This document shows positions 28,367 through 38,513 of a DNA stretch of 64,000 nt, piece by piece. This stretch comes from Spirochaetota bacterium (GTDB taxonomy: Bacteria > Spirochaetota > UBA4802 > UBA5550). A model generated the notes under the pieces. The model was not told where the DNA came from, ran no database searches, and was given only the letters and a program-made list of their open reading frames with translations. The stretch lies in contig OY760686.1 of NCBI GenBank assembly GCA_963663865.1, positions 1,856,001 through 1,920,000 of the forward strand, in the 5' to 3' direction. A program made the position numbers and the translations under genes. Within the stretch, counting starts at the first letter, position 1. Each line of letters begins with the position of its first letter.

Positions 28367-30118
28367 CTATTTTATAAAAACTTCCATCGCTTCTTTCAGA
28401 CTCATAATGTTTTTTTCCAGTTCAGTCTTTTTATCAGCAAGGCTGTCTTTGTCAGCCTGAGCGTTGACGCTGAAATAGAATTTAATCTTAGGTTCTGTAC
28501 CGGACGGCCTTAGAGTCAGAAGAGAGCCGTCATCAAGCGTAAACTGAATTACGTCCGAAGGCGGAAGCTTTATGGAATTCATGCTTTTCTCTCCGTCAGA
28601 AAGAGTAATGCCGGTAAGGTAGTCCCTTACAACGCGGACTTTTTTGCCGCAGAAGTCTGCTGGAGGGTTCTTTCTCATCCTCGACATTATGCTTTTGATT
28701 ATTTCCACTCCGTCGCTACCCTTCAGCGTGACCGAGTGCAGGTCTTCAAGATACAGGCCAAACTTTAGATACACCTCATCAAGATAGTCCCCGACGGTCA
28801 TATTGCGCGATTTGAGATAGGCCGCCATTTCCACAAAGCAGCAGCACGACGCAACTGCATCCTTGTCGCGGACTCTTGAATGAGGAAGATAACCGAAGCT
28901 TTCTTCGCCGCCGAAGACGAATTCAAAGCTGCCTTCCTCCTCGTATGAATGTATCTTGTCGGCAATCCATTTGAATCCTGTCAGAACATCTTCAATATGA
29001 ACTTCGAAATAATCAGCGATTTTCCGCTGAAGCTCAGTTGTAACAATAGTCTTGACGACGGCAGCGTTTTCGGGCAGTCTTTGTTCCTCGCTCATTCTGG
29101 AGAGCATGTAGTATTCAAGAAGGCTTCCCGTCTGGTTGCCGTTAAGCAGCATATACTTGCCCTCTGCGTTCCTGTATGCTATCCCCATTCGGTCGGTGTC
29201 AGGGTCGGTTCCGAGAACAATGTCGGCATTGATCTTTTCCGCGAGCTCAATCGCCAATGAAAGGGCTTCTCTTTCCTCCGGATTTGGAGATTTAACAGTA
29301 GGGAAGTTGCCGTCAGGAACAGCCTGTGAAGGCACGATAGTAATATTTTCAAAGCCAAGCTTACGCAGGGATTCGGGAACGGCTCTATATCCTGTTCCAT
29401 GAATCGGGGTGTACACGATGCTGATGCTCATATCCATATCAGCCGAACTCGAAACCAGTGAAAGCTCATCTGTGTAAGAGTTGAGCATCTCATCGCCTAT
29501 AATCGAGATTTGACCTGATTCAACGCACTCATCAAACTCGATCTTCTTAATGGACTGGATGTCCTGAATCTTTCTGACCTCGCTTATTATTCCCTCGTCA
29601 TGAGGCGGAACTATTTGGGCCCCGTCGGACCAGAAGACCTTGTAGCCGTTATATTCAGGAGGATTATGGCTCGCGGTAATTACAACGCCGAATCCCGCTC
29701 CGAGCCTGCGTATTGCGTATGAGGCAAGCGGAATCGGGGCAATATCATCCAGAAAAAAAACCTTTATTCCGTTGGCGGCAAGAATGGAGGCCGTTTCCTG
29801 AGCGAATTCGAGGGAAAGCCTGCGTGAATCTCGGGCTATGACTGCGCTTTTAGCTCCGCTGCAGGCTTTCTTAACGTAGTTCGCGAGCCCCTGGCTTGCC
29901 ATCCCGACAGTGTAGATGTTCATTCTGTTGATGCCGGCGCCTATAACGCCCCTCAGCCCGCCTGTTCCAAATTCAAGCTGGCGGTAGAAGCGGTCGTTAA
30001 GCTCCTTCCAGTCTTCAATGTCAATAAGCCGCTTTATTTCAGCAACAGTGGCGTCATCAAATGGAGGCTGTGTCCATACTTCGATAACTTTGCCGATTGT
30101 CTGGTCAATGCTGTTCAT
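28367..30118 (-). CDS. pgm: Phosphoglucomutase/phosphomannomutase
   Basis: FGTGGLRG, TASHNPPEYNGYK, DPDTDR, GEESFG, RPSGTEPKIK. Start taken at 30118 after GGAG. Confidence 0.93.
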   Translation of the reverse strand: MNSIDQTIGKVIEVWTQPPFDDATVAEIKRLIDIEDWKELNDRFYRQLEFGTGGLRGVIGAGINRMNIYTVGMASQGLANYVKKACSGAKSAVIARDSRRLSLEFAQETASILAANGIKVFFLDDIAPIPLASYAIRRLGAGFGVVITASHNPPEYNGYKVFWSDGAQIVPPHDEGIISEVRKIQDIQSIKKIEFDECVESGQISIIGDEMLNSYTDELSLVSSSADMDMSISIVYTPIHGTGYRAVPESLRKLGFENITIVPSQAVPDGNFPTVKSPNPEEREALSLAIELAEKINADIVLGTDPDTDRMGIAYRNAEGKYMLLNGNQTGSLLEYYMLSRMSEEQRLPENAAVVKTIVTTELQRKIADYFEVHIEDVLTGFKWIADKIHSYEEEGSFEFVFGGEESFGYLPHSRVRDKDAVASCCCFVEMAAYLKSRNMTVGDYLDEVYLKFGLYLEDLHSVTLKGSDGVEIIKSIMSRMRKNPPADFCGKKVRVVRDYLTGITLSDGEKSMNSIKLPPSDVIQFTLDDGSLLTLRPSGTEPKIKFYFSVNAQADKDSLADKKTELEKNIMSLKEAMEVFIK

Positions 30119-30318
30119 ATATTCTCCACTAAATAATGTCCTGCCCGGTATCAAATCAATGTCCGGGGCAGATGAGTTTTTGTAAATTAAATGATAACTT
30201 TATATTCTATAATCTCAGCGTTAAGCGTTCAAGAACTTTTTGTTATTGATTTAATGAGGTGGAGTTATTTTTATTAATGTTGAAAGTACAGCTAATGCTG
30301 AGTTTTTTTCGGGGGGAA

Positions 30319-31749
30319 ATGGACGCTCAGAAAGACATTGTTGAAGCGGTGAGACAGACTGTGTTGGATTATGCTATGTTTGAAGCGGGTGACACTATTC
30401 TTCTCTCCATGTCGGCAGGGAAGGACTCCATGGCCATGCTCGACATATTATTCAGGCTCAGCCCTGAATTCGGGATAAGCCTCGGAATATATCACCTCAA
30501 TCACCTGACGCGTGGAGCCGATTCGGACGCTGATGAGGAGTTCGTAAGGGCTGCGGCAGAGCGTTACGGGCTTCCTCTGACAGCAGAGAGGCATGATTTC
30601 AGCGGAATATCCGGATCATTCGAAGAGAGAGCAAGAGAATACCGCTATGCGAGGCTTAAGGCCCTATGCCGCGAAAAGGGATATTCAAAGGCGGCCACAG
30701 CGCACAATCTTAACGACAACGCTGAAACGGTTTTAATGAGGCTTTTCAGAGGAACCGGGCTTCATGGCCTTGCAGGAGTACCTTACACTCGAAATGATAT
30801 CATCATAAGGCCGCTGCGCCGCCTTTCAGTTAGCGACATACTCCAATACCTGAAGGCAGAAAACATCAGATGGCGTGAAGATGCAAGCAACGGTGACATA
30901 AGCTACACCAGAAACCATATCCGTCATTCTGTCATGAATAAAGCGCTTGAGAGGTTTCCATCAGCCCTTAATGCAATCGAAAAGCTCGGAGGCATAAGCC
31001 GTGATTACTTAAGCCTCATTGACAGGCTTATAAGCGGTAAATATGGCGAGCTTGTCAGGACTGACTGCAAAAATGGGGATGTTGTTGTTGATATCAGCAA
31101 TTTATGCAGGGATAGAGCTTTGTTCTGTCACGTTGCTGCGTCTGCTCTTCGAGAAAGCCTGGGGGAGTACGTCAGTTACAATCTGCTTGAGGATATATGG
31201 GAAAAAAGCGTTTCGTCATCCTCTCATGTGCGGATTATTGATAAACCGGGGCTTTCAATTATTAAGACCATTGAGGAGGGAATTACAGTTTTAAAGATTT
31301 CCAGAGTTGGAACTTTTTACTCCGAACATGTATCTTACCTTTACAGCATGCCGCTTAAAGAACTGCCTTTCGATGTGAATGTTCAGGAATACGGTTACAG
31401 GCTTCGTTTTCAACTTAAGGAAGATGCCGCTGTTGATCTGTGCCGGGTAAAGGAAGGGGGAGACAGGCGTATTTTTGTAACAATAAGGCCCGGTGACACC
31501 TATATTAATGTTAGAAGCAGGAAAAACGGCGATAGGATTAAAGCGGGGGGGCATACGAAAAAAATAAAGGATATATTCATAAATTCAAAATTGAATCCCA
31601 TCGAAAAAAATAAAATTCCTATCATAGACATTGACGGCGAGACAGTTGCTATTATTGGCTTTTATGACGAATATTTAGAAAGCACTGTGTCAAATGACAG
31701 ATATGCTGAAGTAGGGAAAGAAAAAATACTTGAGATAAGCAGGCTTTAA
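30319..31749 (+). CDS. tilS: tRNA(Ile)-lysidine synthetase
   Basis: PP-loop SAGKDS, EERAREYRY, TAHNLNDNAET, IRPL, EDASN, RNHIR. Upstream of ftsH. Confidence 0.95.
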   Translation: MDAQKDIVEAVRQTVLDYAMFEAGDTILLSMSAGKDSMAMLDILFRLSPEFGISLGIYHLNHLTRGADSDADEEFVRAAAERYGLPLTAERHDFSGISGSFEERAREYRYARLKALCREKGYSKAATAHNLNDNAETVLMRLFRGTGLHGLAGVPYTRNDIIIRPLRRLSVSDILQYLKAENIRWREDASNGDISYTRNHIRHSVMNKALERFPSALNAIEKLGGISRDYLSLIDRLISGKYGELVRTDCKNGDVVVDISNLCRDRALFCHVAASALRESLGEYVSYNLLEDIWEKSVSSSSHVRIIDKPGLSIIKTIEEGITVLKISRVGTFYSEHVSYLYSMPLKELPFDVNVQEYGYRLRFQLKEDAAVDLCRVKEGGDRRIFVTIRPGDTYINVRSRKNGDRIKAGGHTKKIKDIFINSKLNPIEKNKIPIIDIDGETVAIIGFYDEYLESTVSNDRYAEVGKEKILEISRL

Positions 31750-31816
31750 CCTGATCATGACATGAACCGCTTTGTACTATGGCAGCTGAAAAGCGGTCTG
31801 AAACCAGGAGAATATA

Positions 31817-33727
31817 ATGAATAAAACAGTTAAGCAGATTGCTCTGATACTGCTTGTGGGACTTTTAGTCCTGGCAGTATTCCAGGTCAATCAGACCGGT
31901 AAGGATGACCGGCAGATTAAATACAGCGATTTTCTGAAAAAAGTTGAAAACAACGAAATAGGCAGCGTAACGATTGAAAACAACAGGAAAATTTCAGGCT
32001 ATCTGTCCAAAAGGCCGCCTGAAAAGCAGGAAACACCCGGATTTTTCGGGGGGAAGACCAGCGTTCCTGATTTTGAAACCACAATTCCCTACGAAGACAG
32101 CACTCTTATAAAAAAGCTTATGGATAAAGGTGTAGTTGTTGAGGGAAAAGATGAAGACGGTTTCTGGCTTAAGGGCCTGCTGAATTTTCTGCCATGGCTT
32201 CTATTTTTCGGCTTCATCTGGTTTATTATGATAAGGCAGATACAGTCAAGCGGCAACAAGGCCATGTCGTTTGGAAAAAGCAGGGCTAAGCTGAATTCTG
32301 AGCAAAAAACAAAGATTACGTTTGATGACGTTGCTGGAGCTGACGAGGCAAAGCAGGAGCTTCAGGAGATAATAGAGTTTTTGAAAGATCCGAAAAAGTT
32401 TTCGAGCATAGGAGCAAAAATTCCAACTGGCGTACTGCTGATGGGCCCTCCGGGGACAGGAAAAACATTGCTTGCAAAGGCAATTGCCGGTGAAGCCGGA
32501 GTGCCGTTTTTCTCCATAAGCGGATCGGACTTTGTAGAGATGTTCGTTGGTGTAGGAGCCTCCAGAGTCAGGGATCTTTTTGAGCAGGGAAAGCAGAGCG
32601 CTCCATGTATCATTTTTATCGACGAGATTGACGCTGTAGGGCGGCTCAGAGGAGCCGGACTCGGAGGCGGACACGACGAAAGAGAACAGACGCTCAATCA
32701 GCTTCTCGTCGAAATGGATGGATTTGAGACAAATGAGGGCGTAATCATTATCGCCGCAACAAACAGAATTGACGTACTCGACCCGGCTCTACTGAGGCCG
32801 GGCCGTTTCGACAGACAGGTCGTCGTTGATACGCCTGATATCAAAGGGCGTGAAAAAATTCTGGCAGTACATACGAAAAAGATTCCACTTGAGAGACAGG
32901 TTGACCTGAAGGTCATTGCAAGAGGGACTCCCGGTTTTACGGGCGCTGACCTGGCTAACCTTGTTAACGAAGCCGCGCTTCTTGCCGCAAGAAAAAACAA
33001 GAAGAGGGTTTCAATGTCCGACATGGAGGAGGCCAAGGACAAGGTTCTTATGGGGCCTGAAAGAAGGTCAATGCTCATATCAGACAGCGAGAAGAAGGTT
33101 ATTGCATTTCACGAGGCTGGTCACGCTGTTCTCGGTATTTTGACCAGGTCGGACCCAGTACACAAGGTGACCATAATTCCCAGAGGCAGGGCGCTTGGGC
33201 TTACAATGCAGCTTCCGGCAGAGGACAGGTATATTCACACCAGATCGTACTGGATTAACCAGATCAAGGTCCTTTACGGCGGGCATATCGCTGAAAAAAT
33301 CATTTTTAATGAAGTGAGCACCGGGGCCGGCAACGATATTATACGTGCTTCAGATATCGCGAGAAGGATGGTCTGTGAATGGGGGATGAGCACCAAACTC
33401 GGGCCGTTGACTTTTGGCAAAAAGAATGAACAGATATTCTTAGGAAGAGAGATATCGCAGCATCGTGATTACAGTGAGCTGACCGCCGAGCTCATTGACG
33501 CTGAGGTCAAGGACATTGTTGAGACCTCAATGCGTGAAGCTGAAGAAATGCTTAAAAATAATATGAAGCTTTTTACCGGTATGGCTGAAGCTCTCATCGA
33601 ACGTGAAACCCTCAATGCTGAAGAGATCAAGCTTCTGGTTAACGGGGAGCCGCTGCCGCCCCTTCTGAACGGCAAAAAAGAAGAGCAAAAAGAAAATACA
33701 GACGAGCAATTCGATGAGACAGTATAA
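31817..33727 (+). CDS. ftsH: ATP-dependent zinc metalloprotease FtsH
   Basis: Two TM segments, [31 protein letters not shown]. Confidence 0.98.
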   Translation: MNKTVKQIALILLVGLLVLAVFQVNQTGKDDRQIKYSDFLKKVENNEIGSVTIENNRKISGYLSKRPPEKQETPGFFGGKTSVPDFETTIPYEDSTLIKKLMDKGVVVEGKDEDGFWLKGLLNFLPWLLFFGFIWFIMIRQIQSSGNKAMSFGKSRAKLNSEQKTKITFDDVAGADEAKQELQEIIEFLKDPKKFSSIGAKIPTGVLLMGPPGTGKTLLAKAIAGEAGVPFFSISGSDFVEMFVGVGASRVRDLFEQGKQSAPCIIFIDEIDAVGRLRGAGLGGGHDEREQTLNQLLVEMDGFETNEGVIIIAATNRIDVLDPALLRPGRFDRQVVVDTPDIKGREKILAVHTKKIPLERQVDLKVIARGTPGFTGADLANLVNEAALLAARKNKKRVSMSDMEEAKDKVLMGPERRSMLISDSEKKVIAFHEAGHAVLGILTRSDPVHKVTIIPRGRALGLTMQLPAEDRYIHTRSYWINQIKVLYGGHIAEKIIFNEVSTGAGNDIIRASDIARRMVCEWGMSTKLGPLTFGKKNEQIFLGREISQHRDYSELTAELIDAEVKDIVETSMREAEEMLKNNMKLFTGMAEALIERETLNAEEIKLLVNGEPLPPLLNGKKEEQKENTDEQFDETV

Positions 33728-33754
33728 ATCCTACTCAACGATATCTAATTATTA

Positions 33755-34747
33755 ATGAAGAGGAATGAATTAAACGACATATTGTCTGATCTTTCGGATG
33801 AACCGGGATATCATGCAAGAGGTGTTGAAGAACAATCCGGGCCCGCTAATGATAACATTGAAGACGATGACTCTGCAATGGAATCTGCCGGCGGGATGCC
33901 GAATTCAGATGATTCCGGCTGTGTAGCGGAGGACGATGAAGGCGTCCAGGGCGAATACAGCGAATTTCGATCTGAGAGCGCGGGTCCGCGTGAGTCAATA
34001 TCCCTCCCTGAAAAAAAAGCCGATTCAGAGAACAGGCTCCCGGGCCTTCCGGGAAAAATGCAGTGGAATACGGTAGAACCCTATACTCTTGAGGTCGATG
34101 GGCTTAAACTTCAGAATGATGTCTCAAGGGCATCAAGGATGTTTTATTTTACAGAAAGCTATGATAACGAAACGGATGAAGCCGCCAAAATCAGAAGGGC
34201 AGCGGCTTCTATGTTAAAGAATCAGAGCACGCATAGTATAGAAAAATACAACGAGTATATCCTCAAGGCTGTGTCAGTTATCACAGAAACATTAAAGGAA
34301 TATTTTAATTCCATTGGTGAAGACAGGGATTATCTTGTGTACCATATCGGGCCTCTTACTATTTACAAGATTATTTCAACAGGCATAAAAAAAACATCTG
34401 AATGTTATGTTTACTATTACATATCAGAAGGAAAGATCGCTCGTTTTGTTCCTTTAGAAATGATAAAAAGTGTAGTTAACAGATGGTTCCAGGAAAACAT
34501 CAATAACCTTGGCCTTGATTTTGATGATTCTACGAAATTCGAATCTGTCAAAACTCGTGTACAGAGCTTATATAAAGAGGACGTAAAAAAGCTTCAGAAA
34601 ATTGCGGCTGATGTAACCAGCAAGGGCAGTGGGAAGAAAGTGAATGCTGAAAGTGTTTACGCAATTAAAGGTGAAAGTTTAATAGGTCTGCCTGCAATTG
34701 AGGTGTACAGGCGCTTTATAGGAAATTCTATTTTTAAAAATATTTAA
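33755..34747 (+). CDS. Hypothetical protein with an acidic low-complexity N-terminus
   Basis: 330-aa ORF filling the ftsH-recG gap. The first ~95 aa are rich in D/E/S/G. No family recognised. Confidence 0.75.
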   Translation: MKRNELNDILSDLSDEPGYHARGVEEQSGPANDNIEDDDSAMESAGGMPNSDDSGCVAEDDEGVQGEYSEFRSESAGPRESISLPEKKADSENRLPGLPGKMQWNTVEPYTLEVDGLKLQNDVSRASRMFYFTESYDNETDEAAKIRRAAASMLKNQSTHSIEKYNEYILKAVSVITETLKEYFNSIGEDRDYLVYHIGPLTIYKIISTGIKKTSECYVYYYISEGKIARFVPLEMIKSVVNRWFQENINNLGLDFDDSTKFESVKTRVQSLYKEDVKKLQKIAADVTSKGSGKKVNAESVYAIKGESLIGLPAIEVYRRFIGNSIFKNI

Positions 34748-34753
34748 ACGAGG

Positions 34754-36850
34754 TCAGGACAGAATCTCAAGAATTCTGCTGTGTCTGATAAGCCTTACAT
34801 ACTCTGGAAGATTGCCCGTGTCGTTTTCTGTTTCTTCATGACCGGCTGCGGGAAGACTTTCTGCGAAATCCCGAAAGGCGTTCTGCGCCTCAGTTCTGGC
34901 TGACTGAATTATTTGAGAGTCACTTGCAAGGTCAGTAAACTCAAATTCGGTAGCGCCATGCTGTCTGACTCCGGTGATCTCTCCAGCGCCCCTTAGCATC
35001 AAATCCTCTTCGGCAATCACGAACCCGTCCGTTGTTCTCAGCATCACCTCTATTCGCCTCATGCTTTCAGAAGAAATATCATCAGGATGCAGGAGTACAC
35101 AGAAAGAATCGTAAGTTCCTCTTCCTACTCGGCCTCTAAGCTGATGGAGCTGCGACAGACCGAATCTCTCCGGGTGATGAATAATAATTACATTGGCGTT
35201 GCTGATATCTATTCCAACCTCAATAACGGTCGTTGTTACAAGAATACCTGTTCTGCCTGACTCAAAGTTTTTCATGATAGTTTCTTTTTCAGCTGATTTC
35301 ATCTTTCCGTGGATCATGTCCACTTTGAAATCAGGAAATACAGTCTCCGAGAGGAGCCTGTGAACGCTCTGTGCGGACTTCAAGTCGGTTTTTTCTGAAT
35401 CTTCAACAAGGGGAAGGACATAGTATATCTGTCTTCCCTCTGAAAGATATTTCCGCATTGAGTTGTAAATGGAGTTTATTCTTGATTCTGGAAAAGCGAG
35501 GGTTTTCACAGGCCGTCTGCCTGAAGGTTTCTGCTTTAACACTGATACATCCATATCCCCGAAGAAAGTCATGCATAGAGTCCTTGGAATGGGGGTTGCT
35601 GTCATGACGAGCAAATGTGTTGATTTGCCTTTGCGTCTTAAAGCTGCCCTCTGAGCAACACCGAACCTGTGCTGCTCATCTATTACAGCTAATGAAAGGT
35701 TTTTAAATTCAATATCATCCTGGAACAGGGAATGGGTTCCGACAACGAGGCTTATCTTTCCCGAAGAGAGCCCTTCAAGAACAGCCTTTCTCTCAACAGC
35801 TGGTGTGGATCCTGTTAGCAGGCCGCAAACAGTTTTACCTGGTATTATGGTGTTCATTGTCTGCCAGTGCTGATAAGCTAAAATCTCCGTGGGGGCCATG
35901 AGTGCAGCCTGTGCTCCCGATTCTGAAACCATGAACATTACTGCCGCAGCTACCGCTGTCTTTCCGGATCCTACATCACCCTGAAGAAGGCGGTTCATCG
36001 GATGTCCCGAATTGATATCAGCGCAAATTTCGTTAATTGATCTTATCTGATCACCTGTCAGTTCAAATGGAAGGGAGCGGGTGAAGTTGTGAAAAACCGA
36101 TGTCTTGAGCCCCGGCGTTTGAAATTGCGGAGGGTGATTGTTCTTGAACCTGGAATAAGCGAGGTAGAACTGAAGGAAAAACATTTCATTAAATGCAAGT
36201 CGCTTCCGCGCAATATCTGCTTCAGCGAGAGTTTCCGGAAAGTGGATGTCGCGGACTGCTTTTCGGAGTTCAGGAAGGGAATATCGTTTCAGCATTTCAG
36301 CTGTAAATATTTCATCTAATTCCGCTGAGTACTGTTCTATTGCGCTTTTTATAACTCTGCGAAAACCTCTTGAGTCAAAACCGGCTTTTTTTAGTTTCTC
36401 AGAAGATCTGTAGAGCGGAATTATCCGGGCGGTATTTATAAAACCGGATTCTTCATCGTAAAAGTCAAAGTCGGGATGAAACATCTTTATTCCTGAAGAC
36501 CTTATGATCTTTCCGAAAAATACTACTCTTGTTCCCGGAATAAAAACCCTGCTGAAGTAGGCGAAACCTCCGAAGAAAAGGGCTGTTAAATTTCCGGTCA
36601 TGTCTTCAATGACAACTTCAAGCCTTTTTCTGCCGTACTGTATGTTGCGCACTGAGGAGATTGTGCCGAAAACGGTCACGCTTTCTTCGTGTCCGCACTC
36701 TGAAATTTTTTTTGTCTGAGTTCGGTCAACATATGCCCTTGGCAGATTACATAGAAGATCCTCAACTGTTTTGATTCCAGCTTCGGATTTGAGAACACCT
36801 GACCTGGCCGGGCCTATTCCTTTTATTAGTTCGACAGGCTTTTTCAGCAA
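34754..36850 (-). CDS. recG: ATP-dependent DNA helicase RecG
   Basis: LLQGDVGSGKT, DEQHRFGVAQR, MTATPIPRT, QLHQLRGRVGRG, DGFVIAEEDL. TTG start after GGAGG. Confidence 0.97.
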   Translation of the reverse strand: MLKKPVELIKGIGPARSGVLKSEAGIKTVEDLLCNLPRAYVDRTQTKKISECGHEESVTVFGTISSVRNIQYGRKRLEVVIEDMTGNLTALFFGGFAYFSRVFIPGTRVVFFGKIIRSSGIKMFHPDFDFYDEESGFINTARIIPLYRSSEKLKKAGFDSRGFRRVIKSAIEQYSAELDEIFTAEMLKRYSLPELRKAVRDIHFPETLAEADIARKRLAFNEMFFLQFYLAYSRFKNNHPPQFQTPGLKTSVFHNFTRSLPFELTGDQIRSINEICADINSGHPMNRLLQGDVGSGKTAVAAAVMFMVSESGAQAALMAPTEILAYQHWQTMNTIIPGKTVCGLLTGSTPAVERKAVLEGLSSGKISLVVGTHSLFQDDIEFKNLSLAVIDEQHRFGVAQRAALRRKGKSTHLLVMTATPIPRTLCMTFFGDMDVSVLKQKPSGRRPVKTLAFPESRINSIYNSMRKYLSEGRQIYYVLPLVEDSEKTDLKSAQSVHRLLSETVFPDFKVDMIHGKMKSAEKETIMKNFESGRTGILVTTTVIEVGIDISNANVIIIHHPERFGLSQLHQLRGRVGRGTYDSFCVLLHPDDISSESMRRIEVMLRTTDGFVIAEEDLMLRGAGEITGVRQHGATEFEFTDLASDSQIIQSARTEAQNAFRDFAESLPAAGHEETENDTGNLPEYVRLIRHSRILEILS

Positions 36851-36902
36851 AGGGGGATTACCTCCGAGTAAAAGCTTCCGGGAATGCAGGATTTAATGAA
36901 AT

Positions 36903-36931
36903 AAAAAAAGGAACCTTTAACAGGTCCCTTT
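36903..36931 (-). terminator. Intrinsic terminator of the tRNA operon
   Basis: Minus strand GGGACCT-GTTAA-AGGTTCC followed by TTTTTTT. Confidence 0.75.
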
Positions 36932-36934
36932 ATG

Positions 36935-37016
36935 TGGTGAGGGGTGGAGTCGAACCACCGAAGGCTACGCCGACAGATTTACAGTCTGTTCCCTTTGGCC
37001 ACTCGGGAACCTCACC
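36935..37016 (-). tRNA. tRNA-Tyr(GTA)
   Basis: GGTGAGG acceptor stem, anticodon arm ACAGA-CTGTAAA-TCTGT, long variable arm, GGTTCGACTCC T arm. CCA not encoded. Confidence 0.97.
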
Positions 37017-37021
37017 TGATG

Positions 37022-37094
37022 AGCTGGCGAGAGGAATTGAACCCCCAACAAACTGATTACAAATCAGTTGCTCTACCGATTGAGCTACGCCAGC
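37022..37094 (-). tRNA. tRNA-Thr(TGT)
   Basis: GCTGGCG acceptor stem, TAGCTCAATCGGTAGAGC D arm, ACTGA-TTTGTAA-TCAGT anticodon arm, GGTTCAATTCC T arm. CCA not encoded. Confidence 0.97.
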
Positions 37095-37117
37095 ATTATT
37101 TTCTTGCTGATAAATAC

Positions 37118-37146
37118 ATAAAAGCTTCATCAGGAAAATCTGTCAA
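37118..37146 (-). promoter_or_regulatory. Putative sigma70 promoter of the tRNA pair
   Basis: Minus strand TTGACA-N17-TTTTAT, preceded by a T-rich UP-like tract. Confidence 0.5.
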
Positions 37147-37273
37147 TAAAAAACCGAAACTTTATCAGGCCTTTGAAACAATTTTTTTCAAAGACAGATT
37201 CTGTTTACTGGGATGCCGGGTGGGGGAAATAAAAATATTGACTTAAAATCGCAAAACTAATAAAAAAAAAGAA

Positions 37274-37912
37274 ATGGAGAAAATTATGTTTTTTAGATCA
37301 CGTTCGGGTACAGCCCGGCTCTTCGGCCTTTTTGAAAAACTGATGATCAAAACAGAACAGTGTGGCGATTACTTTAGAAAGGTTATAAACACCGGGGATG
37401 TTTCAGATAATGAATTAAAGAAGATGCGGGACTATGAGCATGAATGTGACCGCATAACCTACAGTATTATTGAGGCCCTTAACACACGTATCAGGTTGCC
37501 CTTTGCTGTTGAGACAATGCATACACTGGCACATGAAATAGACAATATTGTCGATTCAATCTATGCAGTGATTAAGCGAATAAAACTCTATAAAATGAAA
37601 ACAGACACAAAAGATCTGATGGATTTTGCCGACATTGTAGTTCAGACAATCGAATCAGCCGGGAAGGCTGTTAATGGATTGGGTGGCACTGCCGATAATC
37701 GGTCGGTTCAGGGGGCATGTAAAAAAGTTACTGTTCTCAAAAATGCCGGCGATCAGCTCAGGGACACAATGACTGAACGCCTTTTCAGCAAGACAAAGGA
37801 TCCAATACGAATTATACAGAGTAAAGAGGTTTACGAGGGCGTTGATTCTATTCTTGATGCTGCTGAAAGGGTGACCAGAACGGTTGAATCAATCCTTTTG
37901 AGAAAAGGCTGA
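37274..37912 (+). CDS. DUF47 / PhoU-like phosphate transport regulator
   Basis: EHECDRIT...LPF...LAHEIDNIVD and C-terminal DPIRII..KEVYE..D.ILDAAE.V...VESI pattern. Confidence 0.8.
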   Translation: MEKIMFFRSRSGTARLFGLFEKLMIKTEQCGDYFRKVINTGDVSDNELKKMRDYEHECDRITYSIIEALNTRIRLPFAVETMHTLAHEIDNIVDSIYAVIKRIKLYKMKTDTKDLMDFADIVVQTIESAGKAVNGLGGTADNRSVQGACKKVTVLKNAGDQLRDTMTERLFSKTKDPIRIIQSKEVYEGVDSILDAAERVTRTVESILLRKG

Positions 37913-37949
37913 TTCTTTTCCTTCCAAATTAACTTTTGCGGGTGGGCAG

Positions 37950-38396
37950 GTGATATTATTTCTGTTGTCATTGCTCTTTTGTTCATTTATAGTCCATTTT
38001 TTTTCTATATTCAGGATGATAAACCGCAAGACGTCCCTGTATGTAAAGCTTTTCCTGATTTCCGGTTTATTCAATATCTCCATTAGCGGTTTGTTAATCG
38101 CATTAATTCTAAACAGGCCAGCTTTATTGAATGATATATCGGCGGTAGGGGTGAAATTCTGTCTTTCGGGTACCGTATTTGGGCTGTCACTTTCAATAAA
38201 GCTAAAGATATTGTTATCAATTTTTCGAAGAACTCGCGATCCACGCAATTATCATCTCAATTTTTTTGGGAAAAAGGTCCTTCACTCTTCTGTGGTTAGG
38301 GCGTCTGAAATAGTCCTCTTTTTTCTCATGATGCCATTCTTCCTCATCGCTGGTTCATACTTTGTAGCTTCGATAATAAACATCTTAAATGATTAA
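37950..38396 (+). CDS. Uncharacterised ~4-TM membrane protein (paralogue of 343..810)
   Basis: GTG start, four hydrophobic segments, RRTRDPRNYHLNFFGKKV. Confidence 0.8.
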   Translation: MILFLLSLLFCSFIVHFFSIFRMINRKTSLYVKLFLISGLFNISISGLLIALILNRPALLNDISAVGVKFCLSGTVFGLSLSIKLKILLSIFRRTRDPRNYHLNFFGKKVLHSSVVRASEIVLFFLMMPFFLIAGSYFVASIINILND

Positions 38397-38513
38397 GAGA
38401 AAAATCTGTGCTAAATAAATCTAAGATGACGTACTTCCCAAATTAAAAAGATTATAATAGCTTGAATTTTTTTGCAATATGTAGTATTAAATATATATAT
38501 CTGGAGGTAATCC

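Noticed and set aside
36930-37246. ORFs 36930..37130 and 36944..37246
   Set aside because: They are translations of the tRNA-Thr and tRNA-Tyr genes.
36850-37300. Integrative element at the tRNA genes
   Set aside because: No integrase, no duplicated tRNA 3' end seen, and the flanks are ordinary genes.
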